This document shows positions 33,961 to 42,160 of a DNA stretch of 44,069 bases, in pieces. The translations under genes and the position numbers were made by a program. Below the pieces are notes generated by a model. It did not search any database. It was not told the DNA's origin and saw only the letters and a list, made by a program, of their open reading frames with translations. How positions within the stretch are numbered: the first letter of the stretch is position 1; every line of letters begins with the position of its first letter. The DNA lies in the IMG/VR virus record IMGVR_UViG_3300027986_000016, positions 1-44,069 of that record. One strand, given 5' to 3'. Source of the DNA: a virus. Taxonomy: Duplodnaviria; Caudoviricetes.

Positions 33961-34163
33961 CGCCTCCAGTGGTCTTTGTAGGGCAAAGTAGTTTTTGTTG
34001 GAAGGATGATCGCCATGCGTCCTGCGCAGTTATCCTTGCGCCGGCGTGCATGGCAGCCGTTGCATAGACCGGCTTTGAAGTGAGCGCCAATCATCGTTCG
34101 GCATTGGGTCTGCGACCCGTCCGCGTTCTTTTTCATGCCGAGGCACCGTACTTGCTGGGTCAC
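33957..34163 (-). CDS. Small Cys-rich protein
   Basis: C..C..CNGC; tiles the operon. Confidence 0.55.
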   Translation of the reverse strand: MTQQVRCLGMKKNADGSQTQCRTMIGAHFKAGLCNGCHARRRKDNCAGRMAIILPTKTTLPYKDHWRR

Positions 34164-34447
34164 TACATGCTCCTTTGACGGTGGGTCGCTGCGTAAGCTT
34201 CTCGCAGCTTTATGTGCGTGTTTGTCGCTTCAGTGCGTTTCCTGTCGAGTAGCTCGATGCCTTCCAGGACAAGCCGCTGGGTTGTGTCGGGTAGCGCAGC
34301 GAAGCACTCAAGGCAGAGCGAGAGGTTTGCGTGCCATCCCACCAGGACGAAGCCTTCTGGGGCGGAGTAATTGCAGCCGTCGCAATCTAGGAAGTGTCGC
34401 TCGTACTTAAGCGTTAACTGGCTGACCCGACCCTCAGAGTCGTCCAC
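34163..34447 (-). CDS. Small Zn-finger protein
   Basis: CDGC..LCLECF. Confidence 0.6.
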   Translation of the reverse strand: MDDSEGRVSQLTLKYERHFLDCDGCNYSAPEGFVLVGWHANLSLCLECFAALPDTTQRLVLEGIELLDRKRTEATNTHIKLREAYAATHRQRSM

Positions 34448-34448
34448 G

Positions 34449-34640
34449 CTATGCCGCCTTTCTCTGGCGCTTCTCTTTGGTCGTCATCCTATGCCAAATT
34501 GATTGGTCGTAGGCACTCTTGCGCCCACCGCTGGCATAGGCTCGTCGTTCGCGGCGGTTCATCGCGACGCCCTTGCTCTTCGCTTCAGCCCGCGCAATCG
34601 CCTCTTCGATCTCTTTCTCGGAGGGGCCGTTGTCTTTCAT
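34449..34640 (-). CDS. Hypothetical basic protein
   Basis: MNRRERRA motif common in small phage proteins; ATGA overlap. Confidence 0.6.
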   Translation of the reverse strand: MKDNGPSEKEIEEAIARAEAKSKGVAMNRRERRAYASGGRKSAYDQSIWHRMTTKEKRQRKAA

Positions 34641-34840
34641 GACGGGTACTCGAATTTCCGCAAGCGACCGCCGTCCTTACCACAGGTGATACACACCTTA
34701 CGGTTCTCGCTCTGGTATACATCCAAGCCGAACACAACGCCGTCTTGGATGTACACCAGGACAGGCTCCCACTCGTGGAAGCCACGCAAGAGGCACACGG
34801 CCCCGCTGCGCGCCAGTAGTCTCTCGATCGTCCGCATCAT
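34637..34840 (-). CDS. Small Zn-finger protein (DUF1660-like)
   Basis: CLLRGFHEW..CITCGK; ATGA overlaps. Confidence 0.65.
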   Translation of the reverse strand: MMRTIERLLARSGAVCLLRGFHEWEPVLVYIQDGVVFGLDVYQSENRKVCITCGKDGGRLRKFEYPS

Positions 34841-34995
34841 CTCTCTCGCCCCTTGTACGGCACCACGCCGATGAAGTGCTTGCAATCGCGGCAGAGCACG
34901 ATCTGACCGCCGAACGATATACCGTGACAGTCAGGCACATGCCCGCCACGAAGACGGCACCTGAGCTTGTTGAATAGCTGTCGCACGATGCTCAC
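34837..34995 (-). CDS. 52-aa Zn-finger protein (not in the ORF track)
   Basis: MSIVRQLFNKLRCRLRGGHVP..CRDCKH; GTGA and ATGA overlaps with both neighbours. Confidence 0.65.
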   Translation of the reverse strand: MSIVRQLFNKLRCRLRGGHVPDCHGISFGGQIVLCRDCKHFIGVVPYKGRER

Positions 34996-35279
34996 GGCAC
35001 GACTTCCTTGTCCACACCGCCGACATTGACGGACATTCCGCCGTATCCGCTGCGATAGTCGTTGCCGTTGAGAAGGTGCCCGCTGGCGTTGCCGAAAGCG
35101 TGCGTGTGGCGAACGCGCGACCCGAGAGCCTTGAGCGCGTCCTTCACGGCGGCAATGTCGCTTCGGTCCTGACTGGTGGTCACCTCCTGATACAGAACAG
35201 GCGCATCGTCCACTGCCTCATTGAATTGATGCAGCGAGATTGGGTCGTTGTGTGTTCCTACGATGATCTGGTAGCTCAT
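34992..35279 (-). CDS. Hypothetical protein
   Basis: AAGGA RBS; 95 aa. Confidence 0.65.
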   Translation of the reverse strand: MSYQIIVGTHNDPISLHQFNEAVDDAPVLYQEVTTSQDRSDIAAVKDALKALGSRVRHTHAFGNASGHLLNGNDYRSGYGGMSVNVGGVDKEVVP

Positions 35280-35291
35280 GGCGTGTCCTTT

Positions 35292-35663
35292 CTAGAATGT
35301 GTCTTCGTCGGACCAGTCGCCCGACGCTGCGTCTGGTTTGTCCTGCTTAGAGCCGAGGAACCTGAGCGTTTGGGCGGTGATCCGAATTGCTGCCCGCGTC
35401 TCGCCGGTGCGCTTGTCCTGCCAGGTCCGTAGCTCTAAGTCGCCGCGTATGAACACCTGCCGGCCTTTGGCAAGGTAAGCGTTGGCGGTTTCAGCGAGCT
35501 TGTCCCAGCACTGTACCTCGAACCACTTGACCGTGTCATCATCTTTCCGGTTGCTATTCACAGCGACCGAGAAGTTGGTGACAGCCTTGCCGTTAGGCGT
35601 GTAGCGCATCTCGGGATCGCGCCCGAGGTTGCCGATGATTTCTGCTTCTGCGAGACTGCTCAT
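35292..35663 (-). CDS. ssb: Single-stranded DNA-binding protein
   Basis: IIGNLGRDPEMRYTPNGKAVTNFSVAVN..LAKGRQVFIRGDL; acidic tail DEDTF; AGGAG RBS before ATG 35663. Confidence 0.96.
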   Translation of the reverse strand: MSSLAEAEIIGNLGRDPEMRYTPNGKAVTNFSVAVNSNRKDDDTVKWFEVQCWDKLAETANAYLAKGRQVFIRGDLELRTWQDKRTGETRAAIRITAQTLRFLGSKQDKPDAASGDWSDEDTF

Positions 35664-35671
35664 GTGCTCTC

Positions 35672-35914
35672 CTATGCTGCGATGCTGATGATTCGTGAGG
35701 CGTTGTCGGCTTCGTCCTGGACGTGCAGCTTGGCCGCGTCGAGGATCAACTGCCCGACACGCATCTCGAACATGAGCGCGACGTCGGACTGCCAGTTCGG
35801 ATTGTTGCGAGTGTGCTCGACGGCGTCGTAGTAGACCGGCCACTCCACGGTCACATGACTGTCCCCGTCTTCGACGTGAACGGTCATCGCCTCTGTATCG
35901 ACGGTCATCTTCAT
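35672..35914 (-). CDS. Hypothetical protein
   Basis: 80 aa MKMTVDTEA..; ATGA overlap with the holin stop. Confidence 0.6.
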   Translation of the reverse strand: MKMTVDTEAMTVHVEDGDSHVTVEWPVYYDAVEHTRNNPNWQSDVALMFEMRVGQLILDAAKLHVQDEADNASRIISIAA

Positions 35915-36288
35915 TGGGTTGGCCCCGTCGTGGTCGGTGGAGTTGGCGTCGGATCGAGCGTTCGCGTACCTGCCGGCGTCACGGTCGGATCGGTCTTGGT
36001 CGGCTTGATGCCCTTGATGAGCGTCGGAATGTCCACGCCGCCTGATGCGGTTGTCGCCGCAGCGTAGAGGCCGGATGCGGAGAGTCCGAGCGAGATGCCA
36101 AACACGATGCCGTTCGGCCAGTTCGTCGCGAACGACGACTGGTAGTAGTACAGGCCGGCGAGGATGCCAAACAGGATGCTCACGAGCGGAGCGATACGGT
36201 TCGGGACGCCAATCTGCTTCGCGACCTGGACGAGCCCGATGATGGTCGGGACGCCGACTGCGAGGGTTGTCACTGACGTGTCGATCAT
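35911..36288 (-). CDS. Holin (A118/superfamily V-like, three TM segments)
   Basis: IIGLVQVAKQIGVPNRIAPLVSILFGILAG..GISLGLSASGLY signature; Pro/Thr-rich tail. Confidence 0.85.
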   Translation of the reverse strand: MIDTSVTTLAVGVPTIIGLVQVAKQIGVPNRIAPLVSILFGILAGLYYYQSSFATNWPNGIVFGISLGLSASGLYAAATTASGGVDIPTLIKGIKPTKTDPTVTPAGTRTLDPTPTPPTTTGPTQ

Positions 36289-36293
36289 GCTGC

Positions 36294-36611
36294 TTACCTT
36301 TCGATAATCGGTCGGTAGAGGCGCTCCAAGGCTTCAACAGCGACCACAGCGACCGCCGCGACCTGGAGCAGTTCTTCGATTAGGTGATGGAAATGCTTGG
36401 CCGCTGCTCTGCTGTCGTCGTCAAACAGAACGCGCAGACTTTCCTGGGATGCTTCGCCAAACTCTTCTCCGAGAATGGCGAGCCAGACGATTGGGTCGTG
36501 GTCCTGCTGGCCCCATTTGTCATCCTGACGAGCGCGCTCGTTTGCCACCCGCTGAAGGACGTTAGCCGTCGCTACCGGGTCAAGCAGCGCGAGTTGATCG
36601 GTCTGAATCAT
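36294..36611 (-). CDS. MazG-like nucleotide pyrophosphohydrolase
   Basis: ERARQDDKWG..WLAILGEEFGEA..EELLQVAAVA (EExxE..ExxQ). Confidence 0.85.
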   Translation of the reverse strand: MIQTDQLALLDPVATANVLQRVANERARQDDKWGQQDHDPIVWLAILGEEFGEASQESLRVLFDDDSRAAAKHFHHLIEELLQVAAVAVVAVEALERLYRPIIER

Positions 36612-37230
36612 GCCTGAATCTCCTGACTCGTAGGTCTTCCACTGCGTAGCGTTTGAAGTACCAGACTCCGAGCACGCGACGGCCAGGGAGTTTCCCTTCC
36701 GCTGCCCACGCTGTCACCGTGCGGTTGGCCCACCCGAGTATGCGGGCGGCTTGCGGCACAGTGACCCAGGAGTCTGGCATGGCCTCGATGAGCGTCTGCC
36801 GATGATTTACGCCTCCCTTCTGCATCGGCGGAAACGTCTTGACTGAAAAGAGCATCGGGTACTCGGTCAGAAACTCGTCCACCGATGCTGTTGGTATGCG
36901 GTATCGCGCCTCGGGGTTGTCTCTCTGGGCGGCGTTGTCGAGCACCGGACAGCGATCCACGTCCTTGAACATGCCTGATAGGACCCAACGCCAAAGAGTT
37001 CGTCGTGGCACTCCAAGGATCGCCGCCAGTTCGGTGGTTGTATACGAGTAGCCGTTGAACGTCGCCGCCGCGCCCTGTAGCCCGAGCGTTCTGATGCGGG
37101 CGCGGATAGCCTTGATCGTTCGCCCAGGTAGAAACTTGGTGTAATTCTCGTGGTTTAGCTGGTGAACGTTCTCGACCAGGGTCAGGTCTTCGTCCCGCGA
37201 CCACGGCTCTTTCTTAGCTGGCTTGCGCAT
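36580..37230 (-). CDS. DNA-binding protein: Myb/SANT-like N-terminus plus two MerR/excisionase-type HTH domains
   Basis: WSRDEDLTL..GRTIKAIRAR; YTTTELAAILGVPRRTLWRWV; VTVPQAARILG..TVTAWAAEGKLPG..WYF. Confidence 0.8.
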   Translation of the reverse strand: MRKPAKKEPWSRDEDLTLVENVHQLNHENYTKFLPGRTIKAIRARIRTLGLQGAAATFNGYSYTTTELAAILGVPRRTLWRWVLSGMFKDVDRCPVLDNAAQRDNPEARYRIPTASVDEFLTEYPMLFSVKTFPPMQKGGVNHRQTLIEAMPDSWVTVPQAARILGWANRTVTAWAAEGKLPGRRVLGVWYFKRYAVEDLRVRRFRHDSDRSTRAA

Positions 37231-38575
37231 AGATCACATTCTTCGGTAAGGGATAGTCTACAAAGCGCGTGAGCGGGCCGAAGTACGAAACCTCAGTCTT
37301 GCCGCACTCGCCGTTGCGATCCTTCTGTAAGCTGAGTATCTTGGCGAAATAGCCCTCTGGCATGGTCGCTTGTTCCTTCTTGGGAGCGTCATAGACAAAC
37401 AGGACTTGGTTCGCATCCTGTTCGATGCCGCCCGATTCTCGAAGGTCAGATAGTTCCGGTTCGCGATCCTGTATCTCAACCAGACGATTTAGCTGAGAGA
37501 GGCCCAGGACGTTGACGTTCAGACGTTCTGCTAACTGCTTCGCGCCGGCAGTCACGCCGGATACCTGAGTCGCGCGGTTTGCTTTGAGCAAGTCAGGCGA
37601 TACGGCCACAAGCTGTAAGTAGTCGATAGCGACCACAGCCAGCGGAGCCTGCCGCGCCAGAGTCTGTGCGTGCGCCGCGATCTCTTCAATGTTCCACCCT
37701 GCGGCTGAAACGATCACCAGGGGGCTGTCCGCAATCTCGGCCAGAGCGATTGTCGCGCGGTTCAACAAGTGGTCATCCTGAATGTCTCCCTCGCGGATGA
37801 GCCGTAGCGGGACGCCTGAACGAAGGGCGACGAGGCGTTGCATCATCTGTGCTGGTGCCATCTCGTACGAGTAGAGCACACATGGGAGCTTCGACACAAC
37901 TGAAATGTGGTGTAAGATTGTCGCCGCGAGAGCGGTCTTACCCTGAGAGGTTCGTCCGGCAACGACCGTGAAGTCGGTTCGACGCAGCCCTCCCTGAAGT
38001 AGTTTGTTGAGGCGTGTCATGCTGGTGCGGATCACTTCGTCCTTCAACTCGCCAGTGATGCGCTTGAGCGTCGTGTCGTAGACCGCCTGCATCTCGTCCT
38101 TGAGCGTTCGTTCTTGCAGGCCGCGAGTGATGCGTCCTATCTCGCTGTGCAGCTTTCTCGCCCTGAGCGGCAAGCCTTCGTCGGCGTCTGCCGCAGCCTG
38201 GAGCAGATCAAAGCCCGCCTTCCCAAGCTGGCGTTCGAGGCTCATGCGGTGGACGATACTCGCGTAATGTACCGCGTTGAAGGACGACGGCACCATCAGC
38301 ACCAGGGCTGACAGATAGCCGGTCCCGCCGATCTCGGCCAGACTGCCAGTCTTGTCCATCTCGTCGGTGACGGTCACGAAGTCGGGCGCGACGCCACGGT
38401 TTACGAGCGAACGTATCGCGTAGAAGATGGCCTGGTTCGACTCCAGGAAAAAGTCCTTCGGTTCGAGTCCCGTCGCCAGCGTGTACTCACCGGCGCGCGG
38501 GTCGATCAAGCACGACCCGAGCACGGCTTCTTCAGCCTCTTTGTCGAACTGACTTGGGAAGTCAATGTGCGGCAT
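37214..38575 (-). CDS. dnaB: Replicative DNA helicase
   Basis: EAEEAVLGS N-domain; Walker A GRTSQGKT; SYEM; IDYLQL; LSQLNR; DLRESGGIEQDAN. Confidence 0.97.
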   Translation of the reverse strand: MPHIDFPSQFDKEAEEAVLGSCLIDPRAGEYTLATGLEPKDFFLESNQAIFYAIRSLVNRGVAPDFVTVTDEMDKTGSLAEIGGTGYLSALVLMVPSSFNAVHYASIVHRMSLERQLGKAGFDLLQAAADADEGLPLRARKLHSEIGRITRGLQERTLKDEMQAVYDTTLKRITGELKDEVIRTSMTRLNKLLQGGLRRTDFTVVAGRTSQGKTALAATILHHISVVSKLPCVLYSYEMAPAQMMQRLVALRSGVPLRLIREGDIQDDHLLNRATIALAEIADSPLVIVSAAGWNIEEIAAHAQTLARQAPLAVVAIDYLQLVAVSPDLLKANRATQVSGVTAGAKQLAERLNVNVLGLSQLNRLVEIQDREPELSDLRESGGIEQDANQVLFVYDAPKKEQATMPEGYFAKILSLQKDRNGECGKTEVSYFGPLTRFVDYPLPKNVIYAQAS

Positions 38576-39371
38576 TGAGTAGCTCCCGCTGCGCGGTGTT
38601 GTCTGAGTGATACCGCGCCAGGTCATCGGGCGTCAGCTTGATCGTGTCGCCACGCGATTTCTTGTGGCCGTCGCGCAGGGACCAACCTCGTTCGTGATGC
38701 ATCCGCATCTGGTTCATCCAGCCCGCGACGACGTCAGTATGCGGCTTCAGGCCACGCTGAAACTCACGCCACTGTTCCGCGACCTTGATCTGCCAGGCGA
38801 CGTAGCTGAGCGCCACGTCGTACGGGTCTTGTTTCGGGTACTTCTCGATCGTGCGCTCGATGCGCTTCAGGTCATTGGGAAGTGCAGGGCTGTCACCCTT
38901 GAGCGTAGCGTAGACCCGCATTACTTCGTCACCAGCGGGCGTCACTGACAGCGTCGTTGGCGTCGGTGGCTCAAGGGAAAGCTGTTCCTGCTGGCGCAGC
39001 ATCCGCAAACGTTCTCGGTCATACGTCCTTTTCTTTTCGATAGCTTCGTCCGCGCCACCGTAGAGCTTCCACTCGTGAACGTATACGTCGCCGTTCGGCC
39101 ACTCGTCCATCCACTCGCAGTGGATCAGCGCCCGCCAGAGCAAGTCCGGTTCTCCGGTCCAAAACAGGGCCTTAGCCAGCTTTTCCCGGTCAATCGTGAC
39201 CTTGCCCTCTAGTGGGCTGTGGCGGGCTGCCCAATGCCACAGGAGATGGATGATCCCCAGGGCTTCGGGTCGGCGCACGCCCAGCCAGTCACACAGGTCC
39301 ATCAGCTTGGGATGCTGCGCGAGGTCGCAGTGCGACCGGATTGACGGAGTCTGCGATCGAGCCACGATCAA
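38562..39371 (-). CDS. Phage replication initiator (N-terminal wHTH)
   Basis: HPKLMDLCDWLGV..ALGIIHLLWHWA..VHEW..KKRTYDRERLR pattern; directly upstream of dnaB. Confidence 0.75.
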   Translation of the reverse strand: MIVARSQTPSIRSHCDLAQHPKLMDLCDWLGVRRPEALGIIHLLWHWAARHSPLEGKVTIDREKLAKALFWTGEPDLLWRALIHCEWMDEWPNGDVYVHEWKLYGGADEAIEKKRTYDRERLRMLRQQEQLSLEPPTPTTLSVTPAGDEVMRVYATLKGDSPALPNDLKRIERTIEKYPKQDPYDVALSYVAWQIKVAEQWREFQRGLKPHTDVVAGWMNQMRMHHERGWSLRDGHKKSRGDTIKLTPDDLARYHSDNTAQRELLNAAH

Positions 39372-40234
39372 GCAGCGTCGGACAGTTCATCTTGCTCGTA
39401 GAGCGTCAGGTCCGTCAGCTTAATCGCGATCCATTCCCGGACTTTGTCCAGGTCGGCCTCGGGCAACTCACTGATGGGGTCAGGTAGTCCCAGCGAGGTC
39501 AGGCAGTCCTGCTTGACTAGCTTGAGCGTCGCCATCTCCAAGCCGGCAGCCGCGCGCTTTTTCGCGATCTCGCCCATAGCGATCATGATGTCCGAGATGG
39601 GGTTAGCCGCCTTGGGAACGTACGTGGACGCAGCAGGTTTGGCCGCTGGCTGTTCCTGAGCGGGCGGCGAGGAGGTTGCCGCAGGAGGCGGGCTTGCAGT
39701 CGCCTCCTGCGGCTTTCGAGTGTGTGGTTGCTGCGCGGGTCGTTCGCGGCGCGGCTGTGACGCAGGCCGTGCGCTGTCACGATCTCCCTCGTCGTCTGTG
39801 TCGTCCAGATGAAGCAGTGCTTTGTAAAACGATTTCACCGTGAATGAGATAGCCGCAGCCGGGTTCGAGCCGGTGTCGCTCCACCAGATGTCCAGATAGT
39901 CGGTCGGTTCATCCACGTTGACAAGCCGGAACGCGATCGTCACCTGCCAGTTGTTCTTGTCCAGGCAGTGTAGGCCAGGCGACACTGCACTCTCAGGAGC
40001 GAGGTCTTTCGTCGCCTCACTCGCAAGTGACGCATAGTGGGTCCGAAACTTCGCCTGCGAGGGGATGACCACGATGCCGGCCTCGGCTAACGGCTGGCGA
40101 ATCGCCTTCTCGATGTCCCCTCGCCCGAGCGCTTGTTTTTGATACTGGTTCTGGCTCGTCGCCTGAATGTCGCCTACTTTCGTGGCGAGAGAAGCGATGC
40201 GCTGGTACAGGTTTAACGGCTTGTCGGCGGTCAT
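39368..40234 (-). CDS. ERF-family ssDNA annealing protein
   Basis: NLYQRI..IRQPLAEAGIVVIP..FRLVNVDEP..AAISFTVKSFYKALLHL..DD; Pro/Ala linker; GGAGG RBS before ATG 40234. Confidence 0.8.
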   Translation of the reverse strand: MTADKPLNLYQRIASLATKVGDIQATSQNQYQKQALGRGDIEKAIRQPLAEAGIVVIPSQAKFRTHYASLASEATKDLAPESAVSPGLHCLDKNNWQVTIAFRLVNVDEPTDYLDIWWSDTGSNPAAAISFTVKSFYKALLHLDDTDDEGDRDSARPASQPRRERPAQQPHTRKPQEATASPPPAATSSPPAQEQPAAKPAASTYVPKAANPISDIMIAMGEIAKKRAAAGLEMATLKLVKQDCLTSLGLPDPISELPEADLDKVREWIAIKLTDLTLYEQDELSDAA

Positions 40235-40689
40235 GGTTTCCTCCGGATCGGAATATGGGTAGCAAGCTGTTGAGACGAAGTCACGATATGACGTGTCAAT
40301 GACGAGTAGTGCTTGACATTCGCAGCCCTTGTGGCTCGAAGCACTGTGAGACACAACATGTGGTGGCCGTGCCGGGGAGGCTGTCCCACTGCCCTCTCTC
40401 CTCCAGATTGCGGGGATAGACACACCCTATCAGGCCATTCCGGGTTTGTACAGATGCAATTTGGTAGCGACAGATCGGTCTTGACGACTGCCGTCTTGAC
40501 ACATCTTAATCTGGCGTTCATCTTCTCTCTTACACGCGAGTGCGCGATTAAGTAACTACTCAAGAGTATTTCTTTCTACGTCAGACCTGTACTTATCGTT
40601 ACTCTTCCTAAGCGTTACTTGAGTACAGAGAATCATTGTCTACTGATGGAGGGAGGGTTAGGAAGGGGAGAGTCCGAGAGGGGGAACCG

Positions 40690-40762
40690 TGTCGTACGAC
40701 ACTACATAACGTACGCCGTTTGTCGTACGACACGACATAAGGCTCTCGTTTGTCGTACGACA
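40690..40762. repeat. Three perfect 12-bp palindromes TGTCGTACGACA with 31/30-bp period (iterons or operators)
   Basis: Copies at 40690, 40721 and 40751; flanks partly shared (CGTT before copies 2-3, ACATAA after copies 1-2). Confidence 0.9.
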
Positions 40763-40767
40763 TCCTC

Positions 40768-41112
40768 TCAGTCGTCCTTGCCGCCATCCTCTGTTCTAAG
40801 TTTGTGCGCGCGCGTACGCGCAAGGTACGAGTTCTCGCGGTCGATGATCGCCTGACGCGAGCTAGCGCGCCAGGCATCGTCCACGTTGGCACACGCGAAT
40901 GCGACCAAGATCGACACGAGAGTCATCGCTGCGTCCTCGTCTCGCAGGACGCCAAGCACGATCGGTTGGTCATCGCTTGTGTACATGAAGATCGTTGGCG
41001 GCGTGCCAGGCTCAGTCTCGTCCTCTTCGGTGATAAGCACCTTAAGCGGCGTGACCCTGCCGTCGATCTCAGTCACCCGTGCAAGAAACGTTGATGCCAC
41101 TGAAGCCCCCAT
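40768..41112 (-). CDS. Hypothetical protein, first gene of the leftward operon
   Basis: 114 aa directly downstream of the leftward promoter. Confidence 0.6.
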   Translation of the reverse strand: MGASVASTFLARVTEIDGRVTPLKVLITEEDETEPGTPPTIFMYTSDDQPIVLGVLRDEDAAMTLVSILVAFACANVDDAWRASSRQAIIDRENSYLARTRAHKLRTEDGGKDD

Positions 41113-41137
41113 AGGCCGGAACTAGCGGCCTGCTCTC

Positions 41138-41166
41138 ATCTTACTCCTGTATCGCTCCCAGATCAA
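41138..41166 (-). promoter_or_regulatory. Leftward sigma70-type promoter
   Basis: Minus strand TTGATC-N17-TAAGAT. Confidence 0.65.
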
Positions 41167-41183
41167 GACCGAAAATTTGGGGG

Positions 41184-41212
41184 TTGACACGCTCCTGGTT
41201 TCATGATAGGGT
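41184..41212 (+). promoter_or_regulatory. Rightward sigma70-type promoter
   Basis: TTGACA-N17-TAGGGT with TGn extension. Confidence 0.75.
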
Positions 41213-41251
41213 GATCGTAACGCTCAGAAGACCGCTCTTTCTGGAACGGAG

Positions 41252-41494
41252 ATGGCAGTGGAAGACGCCAGCGTAAGCTGCAACAAAGTAGGCTGCAAGT
41301 GCGGATGTTCCGCTCTTGAGGTCAGCCCGAAGCTCCTGTGGTTGTGGGGGACGCTCAGGCTAGGCGCAATTGCCAGCGTCCTGAGAATCGACCCCATCGA
41401 AGAATGCATACACGCAGTCATCTGTGAGGCAGACGGGTTGTCTCGATGCTTGTTTTGCGGCCATACAGCAGTCCTGGAGGGTGCCCATGCATGA
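41252..41494 (+). CDS. Cys-rich hypothetical protein
   Basis: CNKVGCKCGC..C..C..CLFCGH; first gene after the rightward promoter. Confidence 0.55.
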   Translation: MAVEDASVSCNKVGCKCGCSALEVSPKLLWLWGTLRLGAIASVLRIDPIEECIHAVICEADGLSRCLFCGHTAVLEGAHA

Positions 41495-41573
41495 AAACGA
41501 TCTGCTCCTTCTTCTTCCGTCCATCATCATGGTGGCCGTGTTGATCTGTGCTCTAGTGGGAGGCCACGTGTGA
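41487..41573 (+). CDS. 28-aa single-TM peptide (not in the ORF track)
   Basis: MHENDLLLLLPSIIMVAVLICALVGGHV; GGAGG RBS; GTGA overlap with the next gene. Confidence 0.5.
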   Translation: MHENDLLLLLPSIIMVAVLICALVGGHV

Positions 41574-42160
41574 GAGAGTTTGAAACCGGCGCGACACGCG
41601 ACAACGACACCAACAAGCTGGACTACGAGGGATTTCTGTCCCCGGTCGTCCTGGAAGCGTTCGCCGGATACATGCACAAGCACCGCAAGCAAGCGGACGG
41701 GAAGCTGCGGGCGTCGGACAACTGGCAGAAGGGGATGCCGCGCTCCGTCTACCTGAAATCGGCGTTCCGGCACTTCATGGACCTGTGGAAGCTGCATCGC
41801 GGCTACTCAGCCATCGACCGATCCACCGGAAAGCCGGTTGACGAAGCGGAGGCGTGCTGCGCGCTCATGTTCAACGTCATGGGCTACCTGCACTCGATGT
41901 TGACGGAGATGCCCGAAAGCTGCGACCCTCTGGACAATATCGTCCCGTTCCCAAGCATCACGCTATCGGATAGGGAGCTAGCCGGCCCGATGATGACTCT
42001 GGACCTGGAGGTGCCGGAAAACGAGAAGGAGCGAGAGGCGTTCTGGGCCGATACCTCAGACGTCATACGAGATATCGCGCACCGCCTTGTTCCATACCAG
42101 AGGGCGACCGCTGATGACTGGATGATGCGCCAGGCCAGAGAGAAAGCGAGCAAGCTATGA
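41570..42160 (+). CDS. dATP/dGTP diphosphohydrolase-domain protein (DUF5664)
   Basis: FETGATRD..KLDY..LSP..DNWQKGMP..SAFRH..ALMFN. Confidence 0.85.
   Translation: MREFETGATRDNDTNKLDYEGFLSPVVLEAFAGYMHKHRKQADGKLRASDNWQKGMPRSVYLKSAFRHFMDLWKLHRGYSAIDRSTGKPVDEAEACCALMFNVMGYLHSMLTEMPESCDPLDNIVPFPSITLSDRELAGPMMTLDLEVPENEKEREAFWADTSDVIRDIAHRLVPYQRATADDWMMRQAREKASKL

Noticed and set aside
40690-40762. Mini CRISPR array
   Set aside because: Repeats are only 12-16 bp, the 18-19 bp intervals resemble each other, and there are no cas genes.
40231-40892. Minus-strand ORFs 40231-40563 and 40608-40892 as genes or a decayed rep pseudogene
   Set aside because: No recognisable domain, and the SYDKR repeats simply translate the palindromes. 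The ATGA overlap with erf leaves a short ORF possible but unsupported.
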